Origin: Eledone cirrhosa | Taxonomy: Eukaryota | Assembly (NCBI GenBank): GCA_964016885.1 | Contig: OZ024743.1 | Location: 192,696,001-192,760,000 of the forward strand | Reading direction: 5' to 3' | DNA length: 64,000 nucleotides | In this document: in pieces, positions 39,413 to 52,532 of the stretch | Numbering within the stretch: position 1 is the stretch's first letter | Layout: the number at the start of each line of letters is the position of its first letter | The notes under the pieces: model-generated | What the model was told of the DNA's origin: nothing | The model's input: only the letters and a program-made list of their open reading frames with translations | Database searches by the model: none | Program-made: the position numbers and the translations under genes

Positions 39413-42400
39413 TCGGTCCAAACTGAAGGGCCAAACTTTATAACTGCTGTGGGACTACCTCATTTAAAAATGATAAAAGTCCCAATGCACTTGTACAAAA
39501 CACTGAAAATAAATTTCACGGAGGACGTGCCCCCCCCCCCCCCCCCTGCGCCAAACCAATCAACCGCGTCCTCCTAAAAAATTTCACACACACACACACA
39601 CACCCACCCAGACACCCACTCAACCACAAACACGCCAACCCCACAACACACCGATGCCCCTTCACTTCCACAAACCACCACCCCACCCAACAACCCATCC
39701 CCAACCAGCATGGAAATTGAGCGGCCCGTTTCCCGGGACGCAGAGAGGTAAGTGCCTTTTCTCTTTACCACCAACATGGCTGTGCTAAGAGTAGGGTGTC
39801 TAAATGCGCGTGGCCTGGGCTCGTCTTGGAAGCAAGCAATGCTTCTAAATGACCTCAGGTCACGATCTATAAATGTGATGGTTATCTGCGAGGCCCGGAT
39901 CAGCAGCATGCGACAGCTATCCCCCACCTTTGACGACTTTGAGATGCACGCATCTCTCTGTCAGCCCGGGGGTGGGGGTGGGGTTGTCGTTCTGCTGCAA
40001 AAACATATGGGCCTTGCAACACAGATAGTTCACTTGGACCCAGGGGGTCGACTGGTGGTGCTGGACCTTGGCAGTGGTGAAGGTAGAGCCTTTAGGCTGA
40101 TAGCCGCATATGCCCCTTTTGGGACAGAGCGGCCCGACTTTTTCCAGCGTCTGGAGTCTTTTCTAGGGACGTCCCGTTCCCTGCTTTTAGTGGGGGATTG
40201 GAATGGTATCCTGGATGCACGTTGGGACTATGCAGGGGCATGTCCCGATAGAGAGGGGTGCAACAGCCTCAAGGGGTTACTCGGCCGATTTGACCTGGCC
40301 GATAGATTTCGACTAGATTTTCCGACGGTGCCAACCTGGTCTTGGTCAAATCGCAGCGGATCATCTAGATCGTACCTAGATAGATTTTTAGTTAGAAATA
40401 AGGACAGGGACTTTTTAAGTTGTCCAGAAATGCTCATGGTTGGCTATTCAGACCACAAGTTGGTGACCTGCATGGTCAACCTTGATGGAACGCATAGACA
40501 GGGCCCCGGTTACTGGAAGCTCAACTTGTCCTTGCCGGCAAGTAGAGCCTACAGGAATCGGATTAGTACGTTAGTTAAGGAACGGTTGACTGGAGCGATC
40601 GTCAACAGCAGGTGGTGAGTATCTCTAAAGAGAGAGATTAGAGTAGTCTCGATAGAATTTAGTAAGGTTCTAGCTGCGGATAGGAATAGGAAGGAAAGGG
40701 AGCTAATAGATAGAGTAGAAGAGGCAATTAGAAGCGGCGACGTGGCCAGAGTGCTAGCGTCGAGAACGGCTTTGAGCCAGTTTTTCGACGCGAAGCACGA
40801 AGGCTGCGTTGTCCGAAGTAAAATACGTGCTCTAGGGAGCGAGGGGACCAAAGCTGTTAGCTGGGCCCGCGTGACAGAGGCCAACAGTGGAACTAAATCC
40901 ACCATCCGGTCTTTGCGAGACCTGGATGGACGGGCGATTCTTGAACCTAAGCAGATGTGTGAGGCCTTTCAAAGGCACTTTGCCCGACTGTTCGGGAGGG
41001 GCGGGGAGCCGGTTGGGAACGTGGACTTCGGTCCATACCTCGACGGCCTGCCGCGCCTCTCGGACAGGGAGGCGAAGTCCTGCGAGGAGCCGATTTCGGC
41101 CGCTGAGATAGAGGACGTGCTGAGCCAATGCGGCAAACGCAAATCCCCGGGTCTCGATGGTCTTCCTTACGAATTATATCTAGCTATGCCGGACTTGTTC
41201 CCCGATCTCCTCGAGGCGGTCTACTGCAACTGGCAACAGAACGGGAGAATTCCCTGTACTGTGACCAAGGGCGTAGTCACGCTAGTGAGGAAGGACGAGA
41301 ACAAGGGGGACGAAATAAGTAACTTCAGGCCCATAACTCTGCTAAATACAGAGTTACAGATTTTGGCCAAGGTGCTAGCAAAGAGGTTGGCGCTTGTCGT
41401 GGGCAACCTGGTGGGAGATGCGCAGACATGCGCTATCCCGTCCAGGTCCATCCATGACAACCTCCACCTCATGCGATACATCATAGAGAGGGTTGGGAAC
41501 GAACCCGGCTTTGGTGGGGCTCTGATCAACTTGGATCAATCTAAGGCGTTCGATAGGGTCGACCCTGGTTACCTGGATGCGGTGCTAGCGGCGGCAGGCT
41601 TCGGACCCGTTTTCAGGGGCTGGATCACTGCTATGCACAGCAGCCGCATCTGCTCTAGGGTCAAGGTGAACGGCTACCTCTCGGAGCCGTTCAAAATCGC
41701 GCGGTCCATCCGACAAGGGTGCCCTCTCTCCTCCCTTCTGTATGTGTTGACTCTCGAGCCACTACTGCGGAAGTTGGAGTTGTTGCAGGGCATCCCTTTG
41801 GAACTGGGATTGCGGAAAGCGGTGTCGGCCTACGCCGATGACGTGACAGTAATGGTGTCGACGGCCTCCGAAATCGAGGCGGTCGGCACCTTACTGGAGG
41901 AGTACGAAAAGTTCACAGGGGCTAAGCTGAACCGGGACAAGTCGATCGGTTTGCAACTCGGCACGTGGAGGGGCAGACCGATGCCCTCCGATGGCGTCGT
42001 CGGACGCTGGACGGAGGGCCCGGTGAAGTTGCTCGGGGTCTGGTTCGGACCGGACCTCCAGGTGGAGAAAAACTGGGCGGAGGTTACGAACAGGGTGTTT
42101 GCACTGACCCAGAAGTGGGCCAGTTGCAAACTATCCCTGAAAGGTCGAGCGGAGGTGGCGAACACCTACATAGCGTCCGTCATCTACTACCGCCTGACCG
42201 TAGTGCCCTGCCCAAGGGAAACCCTCACCAAGATGGAGCGCGCGCTCTTCCAATTCCTTTGGAAGAGGCGGGCTCCTATGGTGAGGAGATCCATCTGCTG
42301 TCAACACCCTTCGAAAGGAGGGCTGGGGATGCCGTGGCTAATGATGCGTAAACACGCATTAAGGCTACGGCACCTCTACGTATTCCTCACCGGAGAACCG

Positions 42401-42773
42401 GTGTGGGCCTCGTTTGTGAGACGAACCTTTCCCAGACTCGTCTCACTCACCGAGCTGCAATCCTGGGTCAAGCAAAGACCGAGAAAACTGAGTGTGCTCC
42501 TGAGGAAAAGGGTTGCACACTTTTTTCGGGGGTGTGTGCGACCCCCCAAGGCGCCTCCTCTCTATTGAGGATTTTGTTATAAATTTTATTTTTTGTTATA
42601 TTTTATAACAAAATCCTCTATTGAGGATTTTGTTATAATTCTATTTTTTGTTATATTTTATTTTATTTTTATATATTGTTATTGCCTCCTCCCTATTGAG
42701 GACGCCTTGTTTTGTAAACTCCCCCCATTGTACTTGTCCCACTTTTGATGCCCTTGTGGCAAATAAAAGAAAC
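39413..42773 (+). mobile_element. Tx1-like LINE subfamily B, 5'-truncated within ORF1 and internally rearranged
   Basis: Starts just after (TATC)n at about 39375-39408. ORF1 tail, then ORF2 from ATG 39776; jumps to the 3' UTR at about 42491; ends AATAAAAGAAAC then (TCTA)n. Confidence 0.9.
39776..42490 (+). pseudogene. ORF2 (APE plus RT) with a premature stop
   Basis: Colinear with 23299-26736; TGG>TGA at 40616-40618; YADD intact. Confidence 0.9.
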
Positions 42774-42819
42774 ACATCTATCTATCTATCTACCTACCCA
42801 TCTATCTATATATCTACCT

Positions 42820-43810
42820 AACTGGGCGCCTGGCACACTGAGTGTGCCCAGGCGCTCACCGCCCTCTGGCAGGAGGATCCGGTTATCAGTGGAGACTCCA
42901 CCGCAACATTCTATAGAGGGCTGGTACGCAGCAGGTGCGACGATACCCTCGGAGAAGCCCTAGACATGGAGGAGGACGAACTGGCCGGCCTGTTCGGTAG
43001 GACATTCAGCCCGGGACCTATGGACAACTTCCAGAAGTCCCTGGCCTGGCAGTGCTACCGAGGAGCCTTACCCGTTCGAGAAAGGCTCTACAGACACGGG
43101 CGCCCGGGTAGGGACCCCGCCAAAAAGATCTGTCCCAGATGCGTGTGCGACGAGGAAACCGTTGCACACGCATTGGTACACTGCTCGGGCGTAGCCGATC
43201 TGTGGGGCTATGTCGAACAACTGCTGTCAAGGGTGGGACCGATCCGGTTGACCACCGAGTCTATTGTAATGATCAAGCCGCCTCCCCCCTTCAAAGATGA
43301 AGCAGAGGCGGTGTTTCTGTGCGTAATAGCCATGGCGAAAGAGGTTGTATGGTGGACGCGTCTGAAAGGACTGAGGTCAGGCACCTTTCTCTCTGGCCAA
43401 CAACTGGTCCGTTTCTTCCGATATCATTTCGGAAGAAGGATCAGGATGGAGAGAGAGGTGCTGCACCCCAGTCGTTTTTATGAAAGGTGGGTGAAAGTGG
43501 CGAGAATGGCCCGTGTGAATGGGCCTTCTCTTTACATGAGCCTGTAGGTGGAAAAGAGGAAGGAACGAGGGAGCACCCCCTCTCTGTGCTCCTGAGGAAA
43601 AGGGTTGCACACTTTTTTCGGGGGTGTGTGCGACCCCCCAAGGCGCCTCCTCTCTATTGAGGATTTTGTTATAAATTTTATTTTTTGTTATATCTTATTT
43701 TATTTTTATATTTTGTTATTGCCTCCTCCTTATTGAGGACGCCTTTTTGTGTAAACTCCCCCCATTGTACTTGTCCCACTTTTGATGCCCTAGTGGCAAA
43801 TAAAAGAAAC
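42820..43810 (+). mobile_element. Tx1-like subfamily B 3' segment
   Basis: Resumes ORF2 where the upstream copy broke off; has the C-terminal zinc finger, 3' UTR and (TCTA)n tail. Confidence 0.9.
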
Positions 43811-43837
43811 ATATCTATTTATCTATCTATCTATCTA

Positions 43838-43972
43838 CTAGCCCTCTATAGAATGTTGCGGTGGAGTCTCCACTGATAACCGGATCCGCCTGCCTGAGGG
43901 CGGTGAGCGCCTGGGCACACTCAGTGTGCCAGGCGCCCAGTTTTCTCGGTCTTTGCTTGACCCAGGATTGCA
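43838..43972 (-). mobile_element. Inverted Tx1-like ORF2 fragment
   Basis: Reverse complement of about 42456-42490 joined to about 42820-42922. Confidence 0.8.
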
Positions 43973-43994
43973 CTTTTCTATAGAGGATTGCACT

Positions 43995-44893
43995 ATTCTA
44001 TAGAGGGCTGGTACGCAGCAGGTGCGACGATGCCCTAGGAGAAGCCCTAGACATGGAGGAGGACGAACTGGCCAGCCTGTTCGGTAGGACATTCAGCCCG
44101 GGACCTATGGACAACTTCCAGAAGTCCCTGGCCTGGCAGTGCTACCGAGGGGCTTTACCCGTTCGAGAAAGGCTCTACAGACACGGGCGCCCGGGTAGGG
44201 ACCCCGCCAAAAAGATCTGTCACAGATGCGTGTGCGACGAGGAAACCGTTGCACACGCATTGGTACACTGCTCGGGCGTAGCCGATCTGTGGGGCTATGT
44301 CGAACAACTGCTGTCAAGGGTGGGACCGATCCGGCTGACCACCGAGTCTATTGTAATGATCAAGCCGCCTCCCCCCTTCAAAGATGAAGCAGAGGCGGTG
44401 TTTCTGTGCGTAATAGCCATGGCGAAAGAGGTTGTATGGTGGACGCGTCTGAAAGGACTGAGGTCAGGCACCTTTCTCTCTGGCCAACAACTGGTCCGTT
44501 TCTTCCGATATCATTTCGGAAGAAGGATCAGGATGGAGAGAGAGGTGCTGCACCCCAGTCGTTTTTATGAAAGGTGGGTGAAAGTGGCGAGAATGGCCCG
44601 TGTGAATGGGCCTTCTCTTTACATGAGCCTGTAGGTGGAAAAGAGGAAGGAACGAGGGAGCACCCCCTCTCTGTGCTCCTGAGGAAAAGGGTTGCACACT
44701 TTTTTCGGGGGTGTGTGCGACCCCCCAAGGCGCCTCTCTATTGAGGATTTTGTTATAATTCTATTTTTTGTTATATTTTATTTTATTTTTATATATTGTT
44801 ATTGCCTCCTCCCTATTGAGGACGCCTTGTTTTGTAAACTCCCCCCATTGTACTTGTCCCACTTTTGATGCCCTTGTGGCAAATAAAAGAAAC
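43995..44893 (+). mobile_element. Second Tx1-like subfamily B 3' segment
   Basis: Near-identical to 42908-43810; followed by (TCTA)n at 44895-44981. Confidence 0.9.
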
Positions 44894-44894
44894 A

Positions 44895-44940
<46 letters not shown>

Positions 44941-44981
44941 CATTCCAACCTATCTATCTATCTATCTATCTATCTACCTAT

Positions 44982-45530
44982 CTGCTGTCGCGGGTGGCGC
45001 CGATTCGATTGACCGCCGAGTCCGTGATGACAATCAAGCCGCCTCCCCTCTTCACAAAGGAAGCAAAGGCGGTTTTTCTGTGCGTAATAGCCATGTTGAA
45101 AGAGGTTGTTTGGTGGACACGATTGAAAGGTCTGAGGTCAGGCAACTTCCTCTCTGGCCATAGTCTGGTCTACTTCTTCCGATATCACTTCGGAAGAAGG
45201 ATAAGAATGGAGAGAGAGGTGCTTGGCCACAGGCAGTTTTATGAAAGGTGGGTGATAGTGGCGAGAATGGCTCGTGTAAATGGGCCTTCTCTGTATACCA
45301 TCCTGTAGGTAAAGAAGTGAAGGAGAGGGGAGCACCTTCTCCATGTGCTCCCCGGGCAAAGGATTGCACACTTTTTCGGGGGTGTGTGCAACCCCCATCA
45401 CGTCCCCTCCCTTTTGAAGTTGTTTTTGATTATTTTCATTTTATACCCTTTTTACTCGGTTTTATGTAAACTCCCCCTTTGTATTTGTCCCTTCTTTTTA
45501 TGCCTTTATGGTAAATAAAGAAATCTATCT
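44982..45530 (+). mobile_element. Tx1-like subfamily A 5'-truncated copy
   Basis: Near-identical reverse complement of about 23084-23625. Begins in (TATC)n and ends AATAAAGAAATCTATCT. Confidence 0.92.
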
Positions 45531-46485
45531 TATGTCTGGGTGTCGTTTTAAAGTCTATTTGTTTGGCTGCTTGTCTCAAACACATTACTATCTTTATCTT
45601 ACACACACACGCACGCACACACATACACACACACACATATATATGTGTGTATGTGTATGCGTGTATAAAGCAAACCTTAAATAGATACACACGAATGTGT
45701 GTGTGTGTGTGTGCGTGTGTGTGTATGTGTGTGTGTGTTAATTGTTTTGTAGCCCTATTGCTTCTAAACTAATGCATAAAAACCCAAGACGGCGTCCCTA
45801 CGACTCCATCGAGAGTCAAGTGTCAATGGCATGACATGGATGGATCACATACATATTCATCTTTTATTTATTTAATGGAATCATTTATAATCTAATAACG
45901 CCTGTCTAGATGTGTATATAAATATGTATTTTAAATGTACGCACGTATCACAATTAAGGTATCTATGTAGCGAAACCTGTCCACACCTGGGTGACACCTG
46001 TCGCTTCATTTACACCTAGAAAGTGTCCCTTCCGAGGCGCAGACACGGGCAAGGTTGTTTGAGGAAGACCAGCAGTCACCTATGCATACCAGCCTCTCTG
46101 TCATCGATGTTGCTCAAGGACATAACGCATCGCCTGGTCCGAGAATCGAACTCACAACCTCACGATTGCGAATCCAATTCTCTAAAGACTCAGCCACGCG
46201 CCTCATCATCATCATCATCGTCGTCGTCGTTTTAACGTCATCTTTCCCCGCTAACAAGGGTTAGATAGGTCCATACAGACCAAGTCAATACTGAAGTAAA
46301 GTCACTGATCTCCCAGGCAGGCCAGGAATCTGTATCTCGTTTATGTATGGTCTCACGTTAAACCGAGAGCTCAGAAGAGGTTGTCATACCTTTGACATAA
46401 CTGTTTGGCAAGATTTCTACGGCTGAATGCCTTTCTTATCATCAACCACTTTACAGCATGTACTAGGTGCGGTTATTTTGTAAAT

Positions 46486-46541
<56 letters not shown>

Positions 46542-46999
46542 GGAAGGTTCTATATCAATGCCTTGTGTCATTTACAGCTCTGCTACCGCTGCATTCATTA
46601 ATCTGATGTGTAAACATCACCTACACTTGAAATTACTTTCATTTCTCTCTAGTCTAGCTAGAAGTTAAATCCAAACAACTTTATCTCAACATTAAAAAAA
46701 AAAAATCAAGGCGCCATATCAGTAAAAATGGCTTGCATTTCATTTCATTTATAACAACGTAACGGAAATTTTAACACTACAGTTTGACTTGCTAGAAATA
46801 GCAGTCGAATATTTCTCAAATCGACACCATAGCATCAAACAAAGGTCATCATCATCATCGTTGCGACAACAGTCGAACATTCCTGACAAAGTCTCTACAC
46901 AATTCATGATTTTCCATTGCTCCTGGCAACTGCTTCCTACTGAAGTTTGTATCAATTGAGAGTTGATTGATGAAAGTTCGAGCTGGTCTTCCTCTACAG

Positions 47000-47289
47000 T
47001 AGGCATGGGCAACCTTTTTCGAGAATCGGCCGCATGAGATATGGCTCATCATCAGGCGGGCCGCAAGCGCTAATTTACATTCGTGCCGCCATTAAAAAAA
47101 AGGGTAGTAACTCAGGTTGTTTTGATTTGTTTGTTCAGAATTCGTACACGTTGTTTTCCTCGATCGTAAAAATGATAGAAATATAAATTACGACTGAAAA
47201 GTTGGGGTAAAAAAATCAGAAAGATTTCACTTTGGTGATTTAGGCGAGCCATTCAGAAAGCTTCGCGGGCCGCAGGTTGCCCATGACTG
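47000..47289. mobile_element. hAT (Charlie-like) MITE, 290 bp
   Basis: TIRs TAGGCATGGGCAACC / GGTTGCCCATGACTG with perfect 8-bp TSD CTCTACAG. Confidence 0.88.
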
Positions 47290-47335
47290 CTCTACAGTGT
47301 CTCCCATGAGTTGGTTCCCACAATAGTAGCTTTAA

Positions 47336-47546
47336 CCCTTTAGCATTTACATTACTCTATATTTACTATTATATTTTCACAGTAAAGGCTCTATCTCACA
47401 TAATTATCTCATATAATGTTGAATCTATGAGCTTTTGATATTATTTATTTTGAGAACAATACCTTAACATCAGTATGAGTGGCCAGTTTGAACAGAAAGA
47501 GGTGAGAGAATTCTGGCCAGATATGGAAGATTTAAATGCTAAAAGG
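47336..47546. mobile_element. piggyBac-type MITE, copy 1
   Basis: TTAA-CCCTTTAGCATTTA..TAAATGCTAAAAGG-TTAA. Confidence 0.82.
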
Positions 47547-47659
47547 TTAAAGAAAGATACGGCTAATGTATTCCTAGATATACTGAGTATGAATAAAAGA
47601 TTGACTGTTCAATACTGTTAGATTAGTTAAAGTATTTCTTGGACTAGAAGACGCTCATT

Positions 47660-48255
47660 AGTGTAAGTGACATTGTGTAAATGACACAGTGTAATTCATA
47701 CAGTGTAATTGATGTAGTGTAATTGACGCAGTGTAATTGACACAGTGTAATTGACATTGTGTAAATGACACAGTAATTCATACAGTGTAATTGACACAGT
47801 GTAATTGAGACAGCATAATTGAGGCTGTGTAAGTGACTCAGTGTAGTTGATGCAGTGTAACTGATGCTAGTAGGGGGTGGAGGTGGAAGTAGACATCAAG
47901 TGGTGATGATGATGATAATTGACAATGTAATTAACAGTGTAACTGACAGTGTAATTGACACAGTGTAATTGACATAATGTGATTGATACAATGTGGTGGG
48001 TGGCAAAATTTACTTAACACAGTGTAATCGACACAGTGCTAATGATACAGTGTAATTGACACAGGTAATTGACAGAGTATTACTGACACAGTGTAATTGC
48101 CACAGTGTAATTGACACAGTGTAATTAATGCAGTGTAATTGATGCACTGTAATTGACACAGTGTAATTGACATAGTATATTTGACACAGCCTAATTAACA
48201 AAATGCAATTAATAGATAGTAATTAACACTGTAATTGATATAGTTTAATTGACAA
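47660..48255. repeat. Diverged 15-bp minisatellite
   Basis: Many imperfect CAGTGTAATTGACA(C) units. Confidence 0.85.
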
Positions 48256-48698
48256 GCAGGGTGGTTTGAATGCTGCTGAACAAACCAGAATCTATAAAAC
48301 AAAAGCAACCTGCGATTGTCAATCGACAAGATCCCAGACCTCATTCGCTTAACGAGTAGGGTGGAGTTAATCAAATTGAACCGAGGAAACAATGTTTCCA
48401 TTGGTCTTTCCAATTGCTAATACTATCTGTTGGTCTCAACTCTAGGCAGAAGGAGCAACGTGTAATAAAGTGTCTTGCTCATGGACATAACACATTGGCC
48501 AGTCTGGGAATCGAAATCACAACCTCATGATTGTGAATCCAATCCTCTAACCACTCAGCCATATGCCTTATTAGTGCTAAAGAAGATATGTAGCTGTAAG
48601 GAACTGTCAATACCAATGTCAAGTCAATCATTCTATATAGAGTAGCTACATGGGAATACAATAGGGATCATAATGAAATAACTGAGTGTTCATTGACA

Positions 48699-49342
48699 CT
48701 TGCTTAAACCTCCCATTCCCTACCTGGCCAAAACTAGGTCTGGTTATATGAAATAAAACCACCATTTTAAAGGGTTATAAGAACTATATGCTTGCTTAAA
48801 CCTCCCATTCCCTACCTGGCCAAAACTAGATCTGGTTATATGAAATAAAACCACCATTTTAAAGGGTTATAAGAACTATATGCTTGCTTAAACCTCCCAT
48901 TCCCTACCTGGCCAAAACTAGGTCTGGTTATATGAAATAAAACCACCATTTTAAAGGGTTATAAGAACTATATGCTTGCTTAAACCTCCCATTCCCTACC
49001 TGGCCAAAACTAGGTCTGGTTATATGAAATAAAACCCCCATTTTAAAGGGTTATAAGAACTATATGCTTGCTTAAACCTCCCATTCCCTACCTGGCCAAA
49101 ACTAGGTCTGGTTATATGAAATAAAACCACCATTTTAAAGGGTTATAAGAACTATATGCTTGCTTAAACTTCCCATTCCCTACCTGGCCAAAACTAGGTC
49201 TGGTTATATGAAATAAAACCACCATTTTAAAGGGTTATAAGAACTATATGCTTGCTTAAACCTCCCATTTCCTACCTGGCCAAAACTAGGTCTGGTTATA
49301 TGAAATAAAACCACCATTTTAAAGGGTTATAAGAACTATATG
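48699..49342. repeat. 92-bp tandem repeat, 7 near-identical units
   Basis: Units start at 48699, 48791, 48883, 48975, 49067, 49159 and 49251. Confidence 0.96.
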
Positions 49343-49611
49343 TTAAGTTATTATCTTAGTAATGAAATAAGTAATAATTTTAGTAAATCCTTCAAAATCT
49401 TTCATTAATTAATTGAAATAGAGTGTAGTTCATTAGAAATATGGTCATGAAAAGGTTAATAAAAATTTTATAAATCTGATGTTGCATGATCCAATAATAT
49501 CAGCTGTATTAACACTGACTATAATAACAACAACGACAATGATTCAATGAAGGTGCCGCTATGTAGTTCAATTTGCTGAAAAAGGCATCCAAACCACACA
49601 CCACTGTTTAA

Positions 49612-49831
49612 CCCTTTAGCATTTACATTACTCTATATTTACTATTATATTTTCACAGTAAAGGCTTCACCTCACATAATTATCTCACATAATATTGAAT
49701 ATATGAGATTTTGATATTATTTATTTTGAGAACAATGCTCTAACATCAGCATAAGCAGCCAGTTACGGCTGGTTTGAACAGAAAAAGGTGAGAGAATTCT
49801 GACAAGTTATGGCGGTTTAAATGCTAAAGGG
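49612..49831. mobile_element. piggyBac-type MITE, copy 2
   Basis: TTAA-CCCTTTAGCATTTA..TAAATGCTAAAGGG-TTGA; interior homologous to copy 1. Confidence 0.82.
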
Positions 49832-49997
49832 TTGAAAATATATATAAAGGATATAGTAGAAAAGACAAGATGGTAACAGCTGAAATGTATTTCACAGTAG
49901 GCATATTTGGGCTGATCAAAGGCTAAAAATTAAACTTTAATAATGATTTCATCTTCATAGAATGGATCATAGCATAATTAGCAAATAAATCACATAC

Positions 49998-51225
49998 CTT
50001 TTTCTGTGACTTCCAAGTAGACGGCATCTTTGATGGTAGAGGAGGTGCTGGTGGTGGTGGAGGGGGAGGTGGTGGAGGAGGAGGTGGTGGTGGTACAGAA
50101 GGTGGTACTTGTGATGGGAGTGGAGGTGGAGGTGGGATTGGTGGTGAGTGTAAAGGACTTGTAGGAGATGGAGACTTTGGTTCGTGCAATGTAGCGACGG
50201 CTTTTGGTTGGCTTTCATAAAAATCAGCTTCCGATGGTTCGACATAGGAATTGGTACGGACTATTGGTTGTATCTCTCCACACTGTATAACAGTAGGTGA
50301 AGCATATCCTTGGCTATATCCATCTTCTGGATGAGGAGCAAATTGTGTGCCGCCTATATTTGGTGATAATGGACTGTAGTAGGTGTTTGGACATTGTGGA
50401 GTAACATAATCTGGTGTTTTAGCTGAACTAGTAATGCTGACAGGTTTTGCCCAATAGAGATTCTCTTCAGGCCGTTCCCTAATGCCAGCTGAGACAGGTT
50501 TCTGGAGAACCGGGCTTGTTTGTCCATCATAATCATTACTAGGATTTACATAAGATGGTGTAGTTGTAGCATATGCCTGAGCATTATAAACAGGACTAGT
50601 CACTGGTGATTTCTGGAGATTTGAATGACTGTCTGTAAAATAGGAGGCACTTTGTGCCGCTGGGGTTGGTGTGAAAGCACTTGACTGATAACCTAGATTA
50701 GGTTTCACTTCAGCTACACGAGTATTATAAGCTGCATAATCATTCGACTGGTTATAGTGAGGCGACATAGGAGACGCAGGTGACGGTTTGTATTGTGGAG
50801 GAACAGGGTATGACTCATTACAAACATCATTATTCATGAAGTCGGTTGTTCCTTGATTAACTGAATTGATGTTATTGTAGTGAGGTCGGCTCTCTGTATA
50901 GGCATCCGCGCTGTGATGGTAGGAATCAGCTGGTTCCGAGTAGTACTGACGCGGTGTTGGAGTTACTGGTGAAATATATCCATAGCTGCTTGGTTGGGTT
51001 GACGGATCACTAATTGAGCGAAAACCAGAAGAATAATCGAAAGGAGATTGGTATTGGTTATTGATGTTATTGTTGTACATCTGTTGTTGTTGTGTTGTTG
51101 ATGTAACAGAAGGTGACATAATTTGCTCATTTTGACGTGGAGGTGGGTTCTTATAAACTGGGTAAACTGGACTCTGGTCATAATTAGGTGGGCTGTTGAG
51201 TGGTGAAAACACCTCTGCAGCTCCC
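49998..51225 (-). CDS. Large internal coding exon (1228 nt) of an unidentified Pro/Ser/Tyr-rich protein
   Basis: Open frame of about 409 codons with varied codon usage. Acceptor: CTGACTAAT branch point, polypyrimidine tract, CAG at 51226-51228. Donor AAG/GTATGT at 49997. Polyproline run near the exon end. Confidence 0.85.
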
Positions 51226-51422
51226 CTGGAAAAGAGAAAGAAAGATAGAAAAAAATTAGTCAGAGAAAGTATAAATATTTTACAATAGATTTAATTCAGT
51301 AAAGTAAATGGAACATCATTAGTTTCTGTAATGAATTTTCCAGTTATTTCATCAATGGAATGGACTACTTGTTAAATTAACATGGAAGTGGTTGAGTATC
51401 CTACAGACATGTGTACCCTTAA

Positions 51423-51630
51423 CCCTTTAGCATTTATACTACTCTATATATACTATTGTATTTTAATGGTAAAGGCTTTACCTCACATAATATGGAATTT
51501 CTGAGATTTTAATATCATTTATTTTGAGAACAATACCTTAACATCAGTATGAGTGGCTAGTTACAGCCGGCTTGTACAGAAAGAGGTGAGAGAATTCTGG
51601 CCAGATACAGCCAGTATAAATGCTAAAGGG
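51423..51630. mobile_element. piggyBac-type MITE, copy 3, inserted in a SINE remnant
   Basis: TTAA-CCCTTTAGCATTTATAC..GTATAAATGCTAAAGGG-TTAA. Confidence 0.85.
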
Positions 51631-52532
51631 TTAACATAATTCTTAGGGGAACATGACATTGTGAGATAAGGCTGGCTGGTTCTTTAATCTACAGGTACAG
51701 TCTATCTGATAGGCTGCCAAACAGTTTTCCTCAACACAATTTCATTCACATGGCTCGAGTCAACCAGAGCCTATGGTAAATAACGCTTGACCAAGATACC
51801 ATATAGTGGGATCAAACCCAGGCCCTTGATTACATAGGGAACTTTTTTAATATTTGGTCATACTGTGTTTACAAAGGTGACAATATTGCTGGGTGGTTCA
51901 CTATGATAACAATCATAACAATGATGTTGAAACCATATTGATTGAATCGATTCACAAGATCCCAAACCTCACTTGTTTACAGAGTGAGGTGGAACTTGTC
52001 AAAGCAGACCAAGGAAACAATGTTTTCATTGCTGATACTATCTACAGGCCTCAACTTCTGGCAGAAAGAGCAACATGGAATAAAGTGTCTTGCTCAAGGA
52101 CACAATGCATCACTTAGTCCTGGAATCGAACTTGCAACCTCACGATTGCGAATCCTATTTCCCTAACCACTAAATCACATGCCTTCACTATAAACCATAA
52201 AAGACATGATGATTGTCATAACTCATTTTTTTTTTCAGTTGAGTTGACTGGAACAACGTCTTGCCCAAGTACACAATGTGTCACCCAGCCCAGAAATTGA
52301 TTTCACAACCTTACGATTTGAACCCGACACCCTAACCATTTGGATAACATTAGTGATATGAAGAAGGAAGGCTAGCATACATGGGGGACGGCTGGTCTTC
52401 CAGGCAATCATCTTGCACGTTGGAAAGGAACTTGTCATCACCAATACCACCGCCATCCTCGCTGCCACCACCACCACCATCATCATCATGGAAAACACCT
52501 CACCCTCCCACGTTTGAAAAAGTGGTGTTGAG

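Noticed and set aside
47010-47056. Minus-strand CTGATGA..CTCGAAA
   Set aside because: Lies inside a hAT MITE, with no valid stem III or NUH triplet.
48699-49342. Possible CRISPR array
   Set aside because: Units are contiguous and near-identical with no unique spacers, and the context is eukaryotic.
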